The notes: generated by a model from the letters alone, not told the origin. 64,000 bases of DNA from Caldilineaceae bacterium (GCA_965218625.1 CBDCLG010000014.1:30188-94187), one strand, 5' to 3'; positions 45,781 through 59,319 are shown, counted from the first letter of the stretch. Program-made: numbers and translations.

Positions 45781-46106
45781 GCTCGTCCACACCGTTCCAC
45801 GTTTCCCTCCCTTTCTGCCGCGCAATCTAACGTCAAGAAACAAGCAATCCTCTTTCCTGCGGCCTGCCAGCCGCGAACAGGAGGCGCCAGGCGGCGCCAG
45901 GCGGCCGCCGGCCCGAAATCGGTGCCGAAGTTGACCGATTTTGGGACTTTTCTATTGCCTGCTTCCCCCAATCCATCCAGCCCACCCGCCGCTCTTTTTC
46001 CTTCACGCTCCAGAGTGGTTGCCCTTCTCCCGGGGCGCGCGGCCAGCCAGCCAAAAGTTGCCAACGGAACAGTTCGGCCTGCTTGTCGTTCGCGGCAAAA
46101 TAAAGT

Positions 46107-47288
46107 ATGATAGAATTAAGAGGTACTGTTATTTTAGAGGAGAATGCCCATTTGTCGTTTCGGCCTTTTTTCCTAGGCGACGCGCTATTGCTGCAACGGC
46201 TGCGCAAGTATTCGACGCCCCTCCAGATCGAGCGCATCCTGCTGGAATCAGTCTCCCCGGTGCGGACTGCACTGCGCTCCGGCTTTCCCTGGTACCGCCA
46301 CAGCTCGTTCACCTATGTTCTGCGCCAGGAAGAGAACGGCCTGGCCAGCGAAGGGCTGATCCAGCTGCGTGTGCGCCCGCATTCGCACGAGGCCGACGTG
46401 ACGCTGCTCTCGCCAGCGCTGGACGCCCCCCAGGGCCATCCCGCGATCTGGCAGAAGCTGCTGACGTACAGCGCGCAGCAGATTGTGCGCCAGAAGGTCG
46501 GCCGGCTGTTCAGCGATCTGCCGGACCAGCCGCTGCCGGTGAATACCTTCAGGCAGGCCGGCTTCGTGGTGCTGACGCGGGTCACGGTGTGGCGCGTGGG
46601 TACACGGCGGACGGCGGGCGAGAATGCGGCGCCGGAGAGGCTGCGCAAGCAGAATGCGAGCGACGCGCTCGAGCTGGAGCGGCTGTACGGCCGGATCACG
46701 CCGGCGGGCGTGCAGCAGCTGGAGATGGGGCCGGCGCCGGTCCACCCGGAGAACGACGAGCGGGTGGCGCCGATTTTGTCGAACCCGCAGCAGGCGCCGA
46801 TGAGCAGCTATGTCCTCGAGGATGCGAGCGGGGAGGGGCTGGCGGGCTGTGTGCAGATTCTGTGGGGCAAGCGGGGGGCATGGATCCGTCTGTGGGTGGA
46901 TACGAACGACCCGGACACGGGGAATGCGCGGCGGCTGCTGGGCTATGCCCTGCAGCGTGTGCGCGAGGCGCCGGACGCGCGGCGGGCGTACATCGGGGTG
47001 CGGGCGTATGAGGGCGGGCTGAACGCGCTGCTGGGCGATTTTCGCTTCGCGCCCTTCACCGACCGCGTGCTGATGGTGCGCAATATACTGCAGTGGCAGC
47101 GGCAAGCGGCTCACCGTCGGCTGCCGGCGCTGGAGGGGGTGCAGGAGGCTGTGCCGGGCTCACTGGCGGTCCCGAAGGCAACGGTCTCGCCGCCGGCGGA
47201 GTTGTGCGCTTGCCCGGCTCCGTTCGCCGATCGGGCCGGCTGCAGCGTCGACGGCGAGCAAACTGAGGAACCGATCGGACAACGATGA
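46107..47288 (+). CDS. Hypothetical protein (possible GNAT-like fold), translationally coupled to the downstream ATPase
   Basis: 393-aa ORF with coding-like composition. Its stop overlaps the next start (ATGA at 47285-47288). Family not recognised with confidence. Confidence 0.5.
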   Translation: MIELRGTVILEENAHLSFRPFFLGDALLLQRLRKYSTPLQIERILLESVSPVRTALRSGFPWYRHSSFTYVLRQEENGLASEGLIQLRVRPHSHEADVTLLSPALDAPQGHPAIWQKLLTYSAQQIVRQKVGRLFSDLPDQPLPVNTFRQAGFVVLTRVTVWRVGTRRTAGENAAPERLRKQNASDALELERLYGRITPAGVQQLEMGPAPVHPENDERVAPILSNPQQAPMSSYVLEDASGEGLAGCVQILWGKRGAWIRLWVDTNDPDTGNARRLLGYALQRVREAPDARRAYIGVRAYEGGLNALLGDFRFAPFTDRVLMVRNILQWQRQAAHRRLPALEGVQEAVPGSLAVPKATVSPPAELCACPAPFADRAGCSVDGEQTEEPIGQR

Positions 47289-48898
47289 GTCTACGTATAG
47301 CGGACGACCTGGACCTGCTGCTGGCTGTTCTGCCCGACCGCATCCGCGGCTCGCTGCGGCAGCTGGGCCGCGCCGGCGACCTGATCGAGATCGTGATGGA
47401 CCTCGGCCGCCTGCCCGAGGCGCGTTTCCCCGACGCGGAGCTTTCGCTCAGCCCGGATGAGACGACGCGCGACGACCTGCAGCAAGTGATCGGCAACATC
47501 GGCGACTTCGGCGCCGACAACCGGGCGGGTATCGAGCGGACGCTGCACCGCATCTCGGCGATCCGCAACCGCAAGGGCGCGGTGATCGGGCTGACCTGCC
47601 GCGTGGGACGGGCGGTGTACGGCGTGATCGACATTATCCAGGACATCATCATGAGCGGCAGCAGTCTGCTGCTGCTGGGGCGGCCCGGCGTCGGCAAGAC
47701 GACGCTGCTGCGCGAGGCGTCGCGGGTGCTGAGCGACAAGAAGCGGGTGGTGATCGTGGATACGAGCAACGAGATTGCGGGCGACGGCGACATTCCGCAC
47801 CCGTCGATCGGCCGGGCGCGGCGCATGCAGGTGGCGACGCCTACTCTGCAGCACGAGGTGATGATCGAAGCGGTTGAAAACCACATGCCCGAGGCGATCA
47901 TCATCGACGAGATCGGGCGCGAGCTGGAGGCGGTGGCCGCACGCACGATCGCGGAGCGCGGCGTGCAGCTGATCGGCACCGCGCACGGCAATACGCTCGA
48001 AAACCTGTTGATGAACCCGACCCTCTCCGACCTTGTGGGCGGCATCGACACGGTCACGCTCTCCGACGAGGAGGCGCGGCGGCGGGGCACGCAGAAGACG
48101 GTGCTGGAGCGCAAGGCGCCGCCGACCTTCGACGTGTTGATCGAGATCCAGGACCGGCAGCGCATGATCGTTCACCACAAGGTGGCCGAGGCGGTCGATT
48201 CGCTGCTGCGCGGCTGGACGCTCTCGCCTGAGATCCGCTACGTCAACAGCGAGAACGAAGTCCACATTGAAGCGGTCGAGAACAGGGAACGGGCCGGGCG
48301 CATCGGCCAGAGCCGCCAGGGGCAGGATGGGAGCCGCCGCCGCCAGAGCGGCCGCAGGCGCGACGAGCGCGCCGCGGCGCTGGCGGAAGCGGTCGACGGC
48401 AGCGCGCAGAGCGGCAACGGCGAGGCCAAACCGAGGGCCGTGCGCGTTTTCCCCTACGGCATCGGCCAGAACCGGCTGCGTACCGCCGCCCAGAACCTGA
48501 ACGTATCGGTCGAGGTGGTCAAAGAGCTGCGCGACGCCGATATCGTCATGACCTTGAAGAACTATTTCCGCCAGAAGCCGCAGCCGATCGCCGACGCGGA
48601 GCGCCGCAACGTGCCGGTCTACGTTTTGCGCAGCAACACGGTCACGCAAATGGAGCAGTATCTGCTCGACGTTTTCCATCTGCGCCGCGACGATCCCGAT
48701 GTCGTCTTTGATACGGCGATGCGGGAGACGCAGAACGCGATTCAACGGCTGCAGAAGGGCGAAAAGTCGGTAGAGCTGAGTCCGCAGGCGGCGTCGATTC
48801 GCAGCCAGCAGCACCAGCTGGCGCGCACGGCGAATCTCATCAGTCACAGCTACGGGCGGGAACCGCACCGCCGCGTGCGCATCTTCAGCCCCCCCTAG
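47285..48898 (+). CDS. AAA-type ATPase with C-terminal R3H domain (Ycf45/SpoIIIAA-like)
   Basis: Walker A ([17 protein letters not shown]), Walker B (AIIIDEIG), ...GTAHG... and an R3H-like tail ([30 protein letters not shown]). Confidence 0.8.
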   Translation: MSLRIADDLDLLLAVLPDRIRGSLRQLGRAGDLIEIVMDLGRLPEARFPDAELSLSPDETTRDDLQQVIGNIGDFGADNRAGIERTLHRISAIRNRKGAVIGLTCRVGRAVYGVIDIIQDIIMSGSSLLLLGRPGVGKTTLLREASRVLSDKKRVVIVDTSNEIAGDGDIPHPSIGRARRMQVATPTLQHEVMIEAVENHMPEAIIIDEIGRELEAVAARTIAERGVQLIGTAHGNTLENLLMNPTLSDLVGGIDTVTLSDEEARRRGTQKTVLERKAPPTFDVLIEIQDRQRMIVHHKVAEAVDSLLRGWTLSPEIRYVNSENEVHIEAVENRERAGRIGQSRQGQDGSRRRQSGRRRDERAAALAEAVDGSAQSGNGEAKPRAVRVFPYGIGQNRLRTAAQNLNVSVEVVKELRDADIVMTLKNYFRQKPQPIADAERRNVPVYVLRSNTVTQMEQYLLDVFHLRRDDPDVVFDTAMRETQNAIQRLQKGEKSVELSPQAASIRSQQHQLARTANLISHSYGREPHRRVRIFSPP

Positions 48899-48918
48899 GC
48901 GCCGGTGGCGCAAAGCCT

Positions 48919-49554
48919 ATGTTTATCACTTTAGAAGGTTCAGACGGCAGCGGCAAGACAACGCAGGTCCATCTGCTGGCGGAATATCTACGCCGGGCCG
49001 GCCGGTCTGTGCTGACGACGCGCGAGCCGGGCGGCACGCGTATCAGCGATGGTGTCCGTCAGCTGCTGCTCGACCTGGCCCATACCGAGATGCACGCCCG
49101 TGCGGAGACGCTGCTCTTCAACGCCGCGCGCGCGCAGCTGGTCGCCGAGGTGATCCGCCCGGCGCTGGCGGAGGGCGGGATCGTTCTGTGCGACCGCTTC
49201 GCCGACAGCACGCTCGCCTACCAGGGTTACGGCCATCAGCAGGAGATCGCCGAGATGGCGCGCATGATCGAGTATGCGACCGGAGGGTTGCGGCCCGATC
49301 TGACCGTTTTCCTGGACCTGCCGCCATGGGAGGGGCTCAGGCGCAACCGGAGCCAGGGCGACGGCAAGTGGAACCGGCTCGACGCGCAGGAGTTGTCGTT
49401 CCATCAGCGCGTCGTGGCCGGCTATCGGAAACTGATCACGCGCGAGCCGCAGCGTTGGGCCGTCATAGACGCCTCGCAGCCGCGCGAGCAGGTCCATGAG
49501 GACATCGTGCGCGCGGTGGAAAAAAGGCTGGCCGTGTTTGCGCCCGCTCCCTGA
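48919..49554 (+). CDS. tmk: Thymidylate kinase
   Basis: MFITLEGSDGSGKTTQ...TREPGGT... is the classic dTMP kinase P-loop and LID pattern. Confidence 0.9.
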   Translation: MFITLEGSDGSGKTTQVHLLAEYLRRAGRSVLTTREPGGTRISDGVRQLLLDLAHTEMHARAETLLFNAARAQLVAEVIRPALAEGGIVLCDRFADSTLAYQGYGHQQEIAEMARMIEYATGGLRPDLTVFLDLPPWEGLRRNRSQGDGKWNRLDAQELSFHQRVVAGYRKLITREPQRWAVIDASQPREQVHEDIVRAVEKRLAVFAPAP

Positions 49555-49597
49555 AGAGGCACTGCCTGACACGAGCGGCTGCCGTCCGGAGCTGTGT

Positions 49598-49927
49598 ATG
49601 AAACTGGTCATCGCGATCGTAAACGAGGAAGACAGCCCCAATCTGCTGGACCGTCTGGGCCGGCGCGGCTATGCGGCGACGATCACCGGCACGCGCGGCG
49701 GCTTTTTGCGCATCGGCAACGCGACGATTTTCTGCGGGGTGGAGGACGGGCAGGTCGAGGATGTGCTGACCGTTTTTCGCGAGAGCTGCACCAGCCGCAT
49801 CCAGTACGTCACGCCCCTGCCGCCGGTGATGGAGCCGGGTGAGATGCACATCCCCGCGCCGGTGGAGAAGCAGGTGGGCGGCGCGACGATTTTTGTTGTG
49901 CCGGTGGACCATTTCGAGAAGATATAG
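49598..49927 (+). CDS. darA: PII-like cyclic-di-AMP receptor (DarA/YaaQ, DUF970)
   Basis: MKLVIAIVNEEDSPNLLDRL...TGTRGGFLRIGNATIFCGVED...VGGATIFVVPVDHFEKI is collinear with B. subtilis YaaQ as I recall it. tmk-yaaQ synteny is conserved. Confidence 0.85.
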   Translation: MKLVIAIVNEEDSPNLLDRLGRRGYAATITGTRGGFLRIGNATIFCGVEDGQVEDVLTVFRESCTSRIQYVTPLPPVMEPGEMHIPAPVEKQVGGATIFVVPVDHFEKI

Positions 49928-49953
49928 GCGCGCCTGCCGGGCGCGGCTGCCCG

Positions 49954-50358
49954 CTACAGCCCTCCCAGCCCCGGCATGCCGCCGTCGTCCCCCTCCGGCG
50001 GATCCGGCATCGATTCCTCGATCGATTCGGGGCTTTCGCCCGCATCGAGGCGGTCGATCACCTCGTTCATCTCCTCGTCGAGCGGCTCGCCGGCCTCGTC
50101 GCTCATCTTGCGCATGAAATGGGCCAGCGCGCGCGGGTCCTCCTGTTGGAGCCCGGCCATGAGCGAGGGATCGTCGGCCATCGATTCGACGCTGTTCTCC
50201 TCGGAACGCAGCACGCGCAGCCGGCTCATGAGCCGTTGCAGCCGCTCCCCCGCGCACTCCGGGCAGGCGGCCGCGCCGGCGTCGGCCTCCGCCATCGTGC
50301 GGAAGAGCACGCTTACGCGTCTTTTGCAGTCGTAGCAGTAGTATTCGTAGATCGGCAT
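49954..50358 (-). CDS. FmdB-family zinc-ribbon putative regulatory protein with acidic C-terminal tail
   Basis: MPIYEYYCYDCKRR...CPECAG (CxxC...CxxC). Confidence 0.75.
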   Translation of the reverse strand: MPIYEYYCYDCKRRVSVLFRTMAEADAGAAACPECAGERLQRLMSRLRVLRSEENSVESMADDPSLMAGLQQEDPRALAHFMRKMSDEAGEPLDEEMNEVIDRLDAGESPESIEESMPDPPEGDDGGMPGLGGL

Positions 50359-50520
50359 TGGCTCCCCTGCGCGCCTCCCGTTCCACCCCGCGGCCGCGTC
50401 CGTTCCGGTTCAATTTTTTCCCGCTATGTCAATTGATCTATACTGACAGAACGGCCTGCCGCCGGCGCGGAATTTTTCGCTGCGCGCTATTATATCCAGT
50501 CAAGGGTCTTCATCAAAGCA

Positions 50521-51222
50521 ATGGTGACGAAAGAGGTCTCGGTAGGGAGCAGCAGCCAGTTCAGCGAGGATGGGTTCGGAATGACGGAAGGTCAGGACGA
50601 CGTGACCGGCATCTTCGATGAGCAGAACAGGCCGCGCCCGATTCTGGTCGTGCTGTCGGGGCCGAGCGGCGTCGGCAAAGACACGATTTTGGCGCTGATG
50701 AAGGGGCGCAATCTTCCTTTTCACTTTGTGGTTACTGCGACGACGCGGCCGATGCGACCGGACGAGATAGAAGGCGTCGATTATCATTTTGTGTCGGTGG
50801 GCGAGTTCGCGGAGATGATCGACGCCGATGAGCTGTTGGAGTATGCGGTCGTCTACGGCGATTACAAGGGGATTCCCAAGACCCACGTGCGCGAGGCGCT
50901 GGCGAGCGGCAAGGATGTGATCCTGCGCATCGACGTGCAGGGCGCGGCCACGATCCGCCGCCTGATCCCGGAGGCGGTGACGATCTTCCTGGTGGCGGAA
51001 AGTGAGGAGGAGCAGATGCGCCGGCTGCGAGAACGCAAGACGGAGAGCAGCGACAGGTTCAAGATGCGTATCGCGACGGCGCGCAAGGAGATGCAGCAGC
51101 TCCGGAACTTCCATTACGTGGTCGTCAACCGCGACGACCGCCAGGAAGAGACGGTGGACAAGGTGATCGGCATCATTCAGGCGGAAAAGTGTCGCGTCGA
51201 CTGGTCGCCTGTAGAGTTGTAA
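50521..51222 (+). CDS. gmk: Guanylate kinase
   Basis: LSGPSGVGKDT...TTRPMRPDEIEGVDYHFVS..EF......LLEYA.VYG.YKG. The start may instead be the internal ATG at 50581. Confidence 0.9.
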   Translation: MVTKEVSVGSSSQFSEDGFGMTEGQDDVTGIFDEQNRPRPILVVLSGPSGVGKDTILALMKGRNLPFHFVVTATTRPMRPDEIEGVDYHFVSVGEFAEMIDADELLEYAVVYGDYKGIPKTHVREALASGKDVILRIDVQGAATIRRLIPEAVTIFLVAESEEEQMRRLRERKTESSDRFKMRIATARKEMQQLRNFHYVVVNRDDRQEETVDKVIGIIQAEKCRVDWSPVEL

Positions 51223-51232
51223 CGGCGCGGTC

Positions 51233-52023
51233 ATGAGGATCTTCGGCGCCCGCGGCCCGTTCGCCAGCCTGCTGCCGTCCACTTTTTATATCCCACTCGT
51301 GCCCCCGCTGGTCAGCCGGGCGCTGATCGGAATCAACCTTCTCGTTTTTGCCGCGACATTCGTCTACGGGTTGCTGGAGTACGGGGTCTGGAACGGCCCC
51401 AACAACCTGCACGTGCTCTTTGATTTGGGCATGAAATCGAACTTTCATGTCTATCATGGGCAGAGCTGGCGGCTCTTCACCGCCATGTTTCTGCACATCG
51501 GCCCGATCCATCTTATTTCCAACCTGATCGGCCTCTTCTGGCTCGGCCCGATCATCGAGGGCCATTTCGGCCACCTGCGTTTCGCGGCCATCTACCTGCT
51601 GGGCGGCCTCTTGGGCAGCATTGCCAGCTACGCCTTTTCGCCGGCGCTTTCGGCGGGCGCGTCGGGCGCGGTCTTTGCGCTGCTGGGCGCGACGGTTGTC
51701 TATTTCTATCGCTTTCGGGACAATATGGGCCGGCAGGGGCAGTCGATGCTGCAGTCGGCGCTGGTGATTCTGGTCCTCAACCTGGTTCTCGGCTTTTCGG
51801 TCACCAACGTGGACAATTGGGGGCACTTGGGCGGGCTTGCCGGCGGGGTCATCGTCGCGGCGGGCCTGTTGCCGCGCTACCGTCCGCCCAAGGTCGTGCG
51901 CTCCGGCGCGCAGCCGCTTGTACGCGAGGCGCGCGTCATCCGCACGCTGGCGTGGACGCTGGTATGCGCGCTGCTTCTCTACGCGGCTTTCCGGGCGGTC
52001 TCGTTCGCCGGCCCTCCTCTGCC

Positions 52024-52027
<4 letters not shown>
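51233..52027 (+). CDS. Rhomboid-family intramembrane serine protease
   Basis: WRLFTAMFLHIGPIHLISN and GASGAVFALLGA motifs. Multi-pass. Confidence 0.8.
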
Positions 52028-54075
<2,048 letters not shown>

Positions 54076-54335
54076 AGCTTTGGCGCCCGATCCGGTGTAT
54101 GGTTGTCGAAGCCGGTTTTCGCCAGGCGGCGCCCCTTCGGAACAAGGGCGACCTGCTTGCAACGTCCCCCTGGAGCAGGGGGTACTGCACAATTATACAC
54201 GTCCCCATGAAGTAGCGCAGGGGCGCGAACGGTCCTATACTTTTTCTGTTCGGCCTGTTTTTGTGACAGCCCCATGCCCGCCGCCGAAGTTCGGCAGGTT
54301 GCCGCCGCCGAGGGCAGGTTAGCACGGAATCCCCG

Positions 54336-55700
54336 ATGATCGGGACGACAATCGCAACCCGTAGATTCGCCGTTGCCCTGTTGCGCCGCATGCTGCAGGT
54401 CGATCTGCCCGCGTCCGAGCGGAGCGATGAGGACGTCGAGGCGGAGGCGCTGCAGAACTATCGCTGGAATTTCGGCGTCCATCTGGCTGACGGTGCGCTG
54501 TTCATGCTGGCGCAGAGCTTCATTTCGTCCACGACGATCCTGCCCTTTTTCGTCAGCAGGCTGACCGACAACCCCTTCTATATTGGCCTGCTGGCGGTCA
54601 TCGCCCATGGCGGTTGGTTGGTTCCGCAGCTGTTCAGCGCGGGGCCGATCGAGCGTACGGCGCGCAAGAAGGCGTGGCTGGTCAATCTCGGTTTTTTCCT
54701 CGAGCGGGTACCGTTGATGGTCCTGCCGGCGACCGCGCTGCTTGCGGTGCGTGCGCCGGAGTGGGCGTTAATTTCGTTTCTCCTTACTTTTGCAGTTTTC
54801 AACCTCGGCGCCGGCATCATCGCCCCGGCCTGGCAGGACCTGATTGCGGTCTGTTTTCCGCCGACGCGGCGGGGCCGCCTGCTGGGCATTTCGATGTTTG
54901 TCGGCACGATCGCGGGTGCGCTGGGCGCGAAAGGCAGCAGCCGGATTCTGGCTTCGCAGCCTTTTCCGCGCAATTTCACGATTCTGTTCGGGCTGGCCGC
55001 GATTCTGTTGATGTTGGGGTGGGTCGCGCTGGCGCTTACGCGCGAGCCGGTGCGGCGGGTGCGCCCTTCGGAAGAGAGCCGTCTGCGAATCTGGACAAGG
55101 CTGGGACGGATTGTGCGGCGGGACCACAACTTTCGCCGCTTTCTGATCGCACGCGGGTTGATGGCGGTCAGCGGGATGGGGATGGCGTTCGTCACCGCGG
55201 CTGCGATCAGCCGCTGGGACGTGCCGGGCGGGACGGTCGGCAACTACACGGTTGCGCTGCTGGTTGGCCAGGCGGCCGGCAATCTGCTGTTTGGGTTTCT
55301 GGCCGACCGCAAGGGGCACAAACTGTCGCTCGTTATCGGCGCGCTGGCCGTCACCCTGGCTTACGTCATGGCCGGGCTTGCCGCGTCACCGATACTCTAC
55401 TATGTCGTTTTTCTGCTTCTGGGCGCCTTTAACAGCGCCATGATCGTATCCGGGCTGATGATCGTGCTGGAGTTCGTCGGGTCGGAGCAGCGTCCCACCT
55501 ACGTGGGCATCACCAATTCGATCATCGGCGCGGTCAGTGTGGTCATTCCTTTGGTCGGCGGCGGACTGGCGACCATCAGCTACGACTATCTTTTCGCGAT
55601 CAGCGCTGCGGCCGCGCTGCTTTCGGCGCTGCTGATGGGGCTGTGGGTCGCTGATCCGCGCCATGCCGGCGGCGAAGGCCAACTTGCGCCCTCGGCCTGA
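54336..55700 (+). CDS. MFS transporter
   Basis: 454 aa, ~12 hydrophobic segments, typical MFS loop composition. Confidence 0.8.
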   Translation: MIGTTIATRRFAVALLRRMLQVDLPASERSDEDVEAEALQNYRWNFGVHLADGALFMLAQSFISSTTILPFFVSRLTDNPFYIGLLAVIAHGGWLVPQLFSAGPIERTARKKAWLVNLGFFLERVPLMVLPATALLAVRAPEWALISFLLTFAVFNLGAGIIAPAWQDLIAVCFPPTRRGRLLGISMFVGTIAGALGAKGSSRILASQPFPRNFTILFGLAAILLMLGWVALALTREPVRRVRPSEESRLRIWTRLGRIVRRDHNFRRFLIARGLMAVSGMGMAFVTAAAISRWDVPGGTVGNYTVALLVGQAAGNLLFGFLADRKGHKLSLVIGALAVTLAYVMAGLAASPILYYVVFLLLGAFNSAMIVSGLMIVLEFVGSEQRPTYVGITNSIIGAVSVVIPLVGGGLATISYDYLFAISAAAALLSALLMGLWVADPRHAGGEGQLAPSA

Positions 55701-55742
55701 ACGTGGTAGAAGTTTGGGAAAGCGCTTACTCCAGGGAGAGGA

Positions 55743-56681
55743 ATGATGACCCAAACAGAGTTCTGTTCACACCTTTCGCGCGGCGCAGGCGAGCAGATTT
55801 TCGGTACCGCCGGCAACGGCACCGATGTCTGGTTTGTGCTCGAATACCCCGGTGTGTGGGGGGGCAAGGCGATGGAGGAGAGCAGGCTGGACGATGCTCT
55901 CAAAGCCCACCTGCAGCGGGGGGTCGCGGAGACGCCCGGCTCACGCTTGCAGCTGATCAAGCGCGGGGAACAGCGTAACGGCAGCCTGAGCTTCTTCATC
56001 TGCCTATCCGGGGAGGATGAGGCTGCGCTCTACCGCTTCAAGCTGGCCGATTTCAGCGATTTGGCGGCGATGGAGCTGCCGGCGATGGTGGCGGAGATGC
56101 GCGCCGCGCCGGAGCGGTACGCGGCCAACAGGCACGACGAGCCGCTCTTTCTTGTCTGCACGAATGGCAGCCGCGATCGTTGCTGCGCCACATTCGGCGT
56201 GCCGGTCTACCTCTCGATGGCGGCGTACGCGGGTGAAGGGGTGTGGCAGACGACCCACACGGGCGGCCACCGCTTCGCGCCCACCATGATCTGTCTGCCG
56301 CACGGTCTTTTTTACGGACGTATCGGGGTGGAGGACGTCACGTCGATTGTGGACTCGTATGCGGCGGGCAATGTGTATGATCTGGACCGCTACCGGGGGC
56401 GCTCCTGCTTTCGGCAGCCGGTGCAGGCGGCGGATTACTATCTGCGCGCCGAAACACAACAGCAGGCGCTGGACGCTTTCTCGCTGCTCGGGGCCGAGCA
56501 GGAGGACGACGTATGGGCGTGCCGCTTCAGCTCAAATGGCGACGGTCTCGTGCATGAGCTTTTCCTGCAGATGCATGAGTCGGAGTTCGCCAATCCACTG
56601 AGCTGCCGCAAACCGGATACGGAACGGGTGCCCCAGTTCCGGCTGCTCTCCTACGCGGTGCGCGCGGCCGTTCCGGCCTGA
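55743..56681 (+). CDS. Sucrase/ferredoxin-like (thioredoxin-like [2Fe-2S]) family protein
   Basis: ...LFLVCTNGSRDRCCATFG... and ...HTGGHRFAP... motifs, as recalled for the Suc_Fer-like family. Confidence 0.7.
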   Translation: MMTQTEFCSHLSRGAGEQIFGTAGNGTDVWFVLEYPGVWGGKAMEESRLDDALKAHLQRGVAETPGSRLQLIKRGEQRNGSLSFFICLSGEDEAALYRFKLADFSDLAAMELPAMVAEMRAAPERYAANRHDEPLFLVCTNGSRDRCCATFGVPVYLSMAAYAGEGVWQTTHTGGHRFAPTMICLPHGLFYGRIGVEDVTSIVDSYAAGNVYDLDRYRGRSCFRQPVQAADYYLRAETQQQALDAFSLLGAEQEDDVWACRFSSNGDGLVHELFLQMHESEFANPLSCRKPDTERVPQFRLLSYAVRAAVPA

Positions 56682-56725
56682 CGGGCGGTCAATGAAGTAG
56701 GCGAATTCGAGTATAGCGGGCTACC

Positions 56726-56757
56726 TTCAATTGGATTCAGATGTGATTCCAATTGAA
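56726..56757. terminator. AT-rich hairpin between convergent genes (possible bidirectional terminator)
   Basis: TTCAATTGGATTC / GATTCCAATTGAA arms (13 bp, 1 mismatch), 6-nt loop, short T tract after. Lies between the stops at 56681 (+) and 56878 (-). Confidence 0.3.
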
Positions 56758-56877
56758 TTTGAAACGCTTAACACAGTAAGGGGCTTCTGAATTCATCCGC
56801 ATACCGCTGTCGACGACAAGCCTATGACCGGATGACTGAACGAATCGTCGCGTGAAAGTCACCTGACTGGGCTTTAC

Positions 56878-58515
56878 TTACCTTACAACCTCCAGCGCAT
56901 AAATGACACCGTCCGCATGGCCGGCAACATACAAGTTGCCGGCTTCGTCCCTGTTGATACTGCTGATGGGGACAGAACGGGCGATGATCGCTCTGGTTCC
57001 CCATCCCTCCTCTCCTCTTTGCAATTTCCAGATTCTACCCCGGCAAAAGTCGGCATAGAGGAAAACGCCCCGGGAAAATGCGCCACCTACGACGACACAT
57101 CCCTTTGAATGACTGTAGACAGCCACCGGCATCACCGTTTCAATTGCATCACAAGACAAGCTGGGTTCCTCGTGGCAGAGGTCTCCTTCCCATGCCGGCC
57201 AACCATAGTTTTCTCCACCTGAGCTGGACCCGGCCTGATAATTCACCTCTTCACGCTCTGACCTCCCTGCGTCAGGAATGTATAGGTCGCCGGTTGCTTC
57301 ATCAAATGCGAACCCCCAGGGATTGCGTAGCCCCAGCGCCCAAATCTCGCCTCGGTAGCCGTCAGCTTGTGCAAAGGGATTGCTTTCCGGAATTGCATAA
57401 GGTTCTGCGCCCGATTCCACATCAATTCGCAGGATTTTACCCAACAATGTGCCGGGTTCCTGAGAATTGAATCTGCTGCCTGCGATACCGCCATCCCCGC
57501 TTCCGATGTACAAATATCCATCTTTTGGGCTGAAAACCATGTGACCGCCGTTGTGGACCTTGTGTGGTTGCGGGATAACAAGCAGGATTTCCTCGCTGTC
57601 AGGATCGGATATATCGGGATTGGCGGTCGTTCGAAAGCGACTGATGACGGTGTCGCCATCAATATTCGTATAACTCACATAGAAATGTTGTCGGTCCGCG
57701 TAGTTTGGTGGGAAGGCGATATTATAGAACCCCTGCTCTCCTTCGCAACACCTTACTTGATTCTGGATGTCCAGAAACGGTTCTTCATTGATGCTGCCGT
57801 CGTGGACGATTCGGACGCGCCCTTTCTGTTCGGCCACAAATAACCGGCCGTTTTCTTCGCCTGCATGTGCCACCTGCACGGGCAACTCGAATCCCGACTC
57901 GAACTCCTTAAGCGTCCACATTTCAGAACCAACTGTCTTGAACACTCGCAGTTCCCGCCAGGCAACCCAACCCTCTCCTTTTGTCGTCAGGATCTGGACT
58001 CCATTTATGTTTTTCGGTGGGTCGACTATGACTTTCAAAGTGAGGCCGTCCTCGGTGTGGACATTAGCGAGCGTCTTGTATAGATACCTGTGGCCGTCAT
58101 CAAACGTCAGCCAAATCTCATGCGTTGTCGCTCCAGGAATACTTTGCGTGATGACCAATTCGATCTTGTCTACCAGGTAATAGCCGTCCAGTTCCACCGA
58201 AAGCCATTGCGGCGCAAAGTGCGTGGAGTTCCACATTGTTTCAGGATCGCCGTCAATCGCGAGATCAGCCAATGTGCCTTCCGTCGAAGAACTCGCCTTT
58301 CCGAAAACGGCTACATTTTCCCGGGCTTTCTGTGTCGCCCCCAAACTTGGCGCGCTGGTCTGTTCAGGTTGTGGCATGGGCACACAGCCGGCCATGTTTG
58401 CCAAAGCAAATAGTGAAATCAAGTATGCGTAGAGTTTCCCTGGCTTCATTTCTGGTGTTCGATTGTCAACTGGGAGGGCGTATGAATTTGTCCCGACAAC
58501 ACTTTCAGATCTCAC
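56878..58515 (-). CDS. Lipoprotein-like F5/8 type C (discoidin) domain + PQQ-dependent soluble sugar dehydrogenase (YliI/SGDH-like beta-propeller)
   Basis: ...AIDGDPETMWNS...WLSVEL... (discoidin). Then ...LFVAEQKGRVRIV..., HNGGHMVF..DGYLYIGSGDGG, GKILRIDV and LGLRNPWGFAFD (SGDH motifs). Confidence 0.8.
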   Translation of the reverse strand: MRSESVVGTNSYALPVDNRTPEMKPGKLYAYLISLFALANMAGCVPMPQPEQTSAPSLGATQKARENVAVFGKASSSTEGTLADLAIDGDPETMWNSTHFAPQWLSVELDGYYLVDKIELVITQSIPGATTHEIWLTFDDGHRYLYKTLANVHTEDGLTLKVIVDPPKNINGVQILTTKGEGWVAWRELRVFKTVGSEMWTLKEFESGFELPVQVAHAGEENGRLFVAEQKGRVRIVHDGSINEEPFLDIQNQVRCCEGEQGFYNIAFPPNYADRQHFYVSYTNIDGDTVISRFRTTANPDISDPDSEEILLVIPQPHKVHNGGHMVFSPKDGYLYIGSGDGGIAGSRFNSQEPGTLLGKILRIDVESGAEPYAIPESNPFAQADGYRGEIWALGLRNPWGFAFDEATGDLYIPDAGRSEREEVNYQAGSSSGGENYGWPAWEGDLCHEEPSLSCDAIETVMPVAVYSHSKGCVVVGGAFSRGVFLYADFCRGRIWKLQRGEEGWGTRAIIARSVPISSINRDEAGNLYVAGHADGVIYALEVVR

Positions 58516-58540
58516 GGGGTGGGCGACTCAGGGCCGCATA

Positions 58541-59319
58541 CTAGGGCTCGTTGACATTTCGTTCAAGCCATATGAGAGTAGCGGCAAAGTGCAGGAAAGC
58601 CATGAAGCGTCGAGCTAGCTTCTCATAGCGGGTGAAAATGCGTCGATACCACTTGATTCTGTTGATGAAGCGTTCGACGATGTTGCGTTTGCGGTAGCGG
58701 AGTCGGTCATAGTCATGCGGTTGCTTGCGATGGCGGCGAGAAGGGATGACCACCTCGACCTGTTTGGCTGTGAGCAGTTCTCGCAGCGGGTCGGAATCAT
58801 AGCCTTTATCGGCGATAACAGCGTCAAAATGGAAAGGTGCGAGCAACGATTCAGCTTGGGTGAGGTCATGGCGTTCCCCGCCAGTCAAGATGAACTGTAA
58901 GGGGAAGCCAAGCGCATCGACGAGGAGATGGATCTTGCTGCTGAAGCCACCCCGGCTCCGACCCAGGCCCTGTTCGTGCTGGCGCCCCCCTTTTTGGAAC
59001 CGCCCGCGGCGCACATATGGGCGCGTACAGCTGTGCTGTCGGGCATGACTTCTGCCATGTCTGGGTCTTGGGCGAACTGTTTGAAAATGTCGGCCCAAAT
59101 GCCGCTCTCTTCCCAGCGTGCGTAGCGCTTGAAAACGCTGTTCCACTTACCATGAGCGGCTGGCAGTTCACGCCACTGGGCGCCGGTGCGCAGTATCCAG
59201 TGAACTGCCTCAACGAAACGGCGACACTTTTCCTCTTGCCCCGCATAGGCACGAGGGTGTCCTTGCAAAAAGGCGTACAGCTTCTGCCACTGATCGTCGG
59301 CAATCCTATAGGTAGACAT
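58541..59319 (-). CDS. IS5-family transposase, two overlapping frames joined by a likely programmed -1 frameshift (CCAAAAAGG, ~58989-58997)
   Basis: OrfA starts MSTYRIADDQWQKLYAFLQ...HMCAAGGSKK. The -1 frame continues GGRQHEQGLGRSRGGFSSKIHLLVDALG...DKGYDSD...IVERFINRIKWYRRIFTRYEK. An A5G slippery run lies in the overlap, and the frame offset is consistent with -1. Confidence 0.75.

Noticed and set aside
45781-46106. Searched the lower-GC gaps (45781-46106, 43430-43896, 56682-56877, 59372-59749) for tRNA/ncRNA genes or att-like direct repeats flanking the R-M pair
   Set aside because: I could not recognise a tRNA cloverleaf or matching direct repeats by eye. A tRNAscan/Infernal run would be needed to exclude them.
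47291-48913. 540-aa minus-strand ORF (also 47056..48165 and 46248..47114 minus)
   Set aside because: Antisense shadows of the R3H ATPase and upstream gene. Arg/Leu/Ala-rich, and the + strand products have clear motifs.
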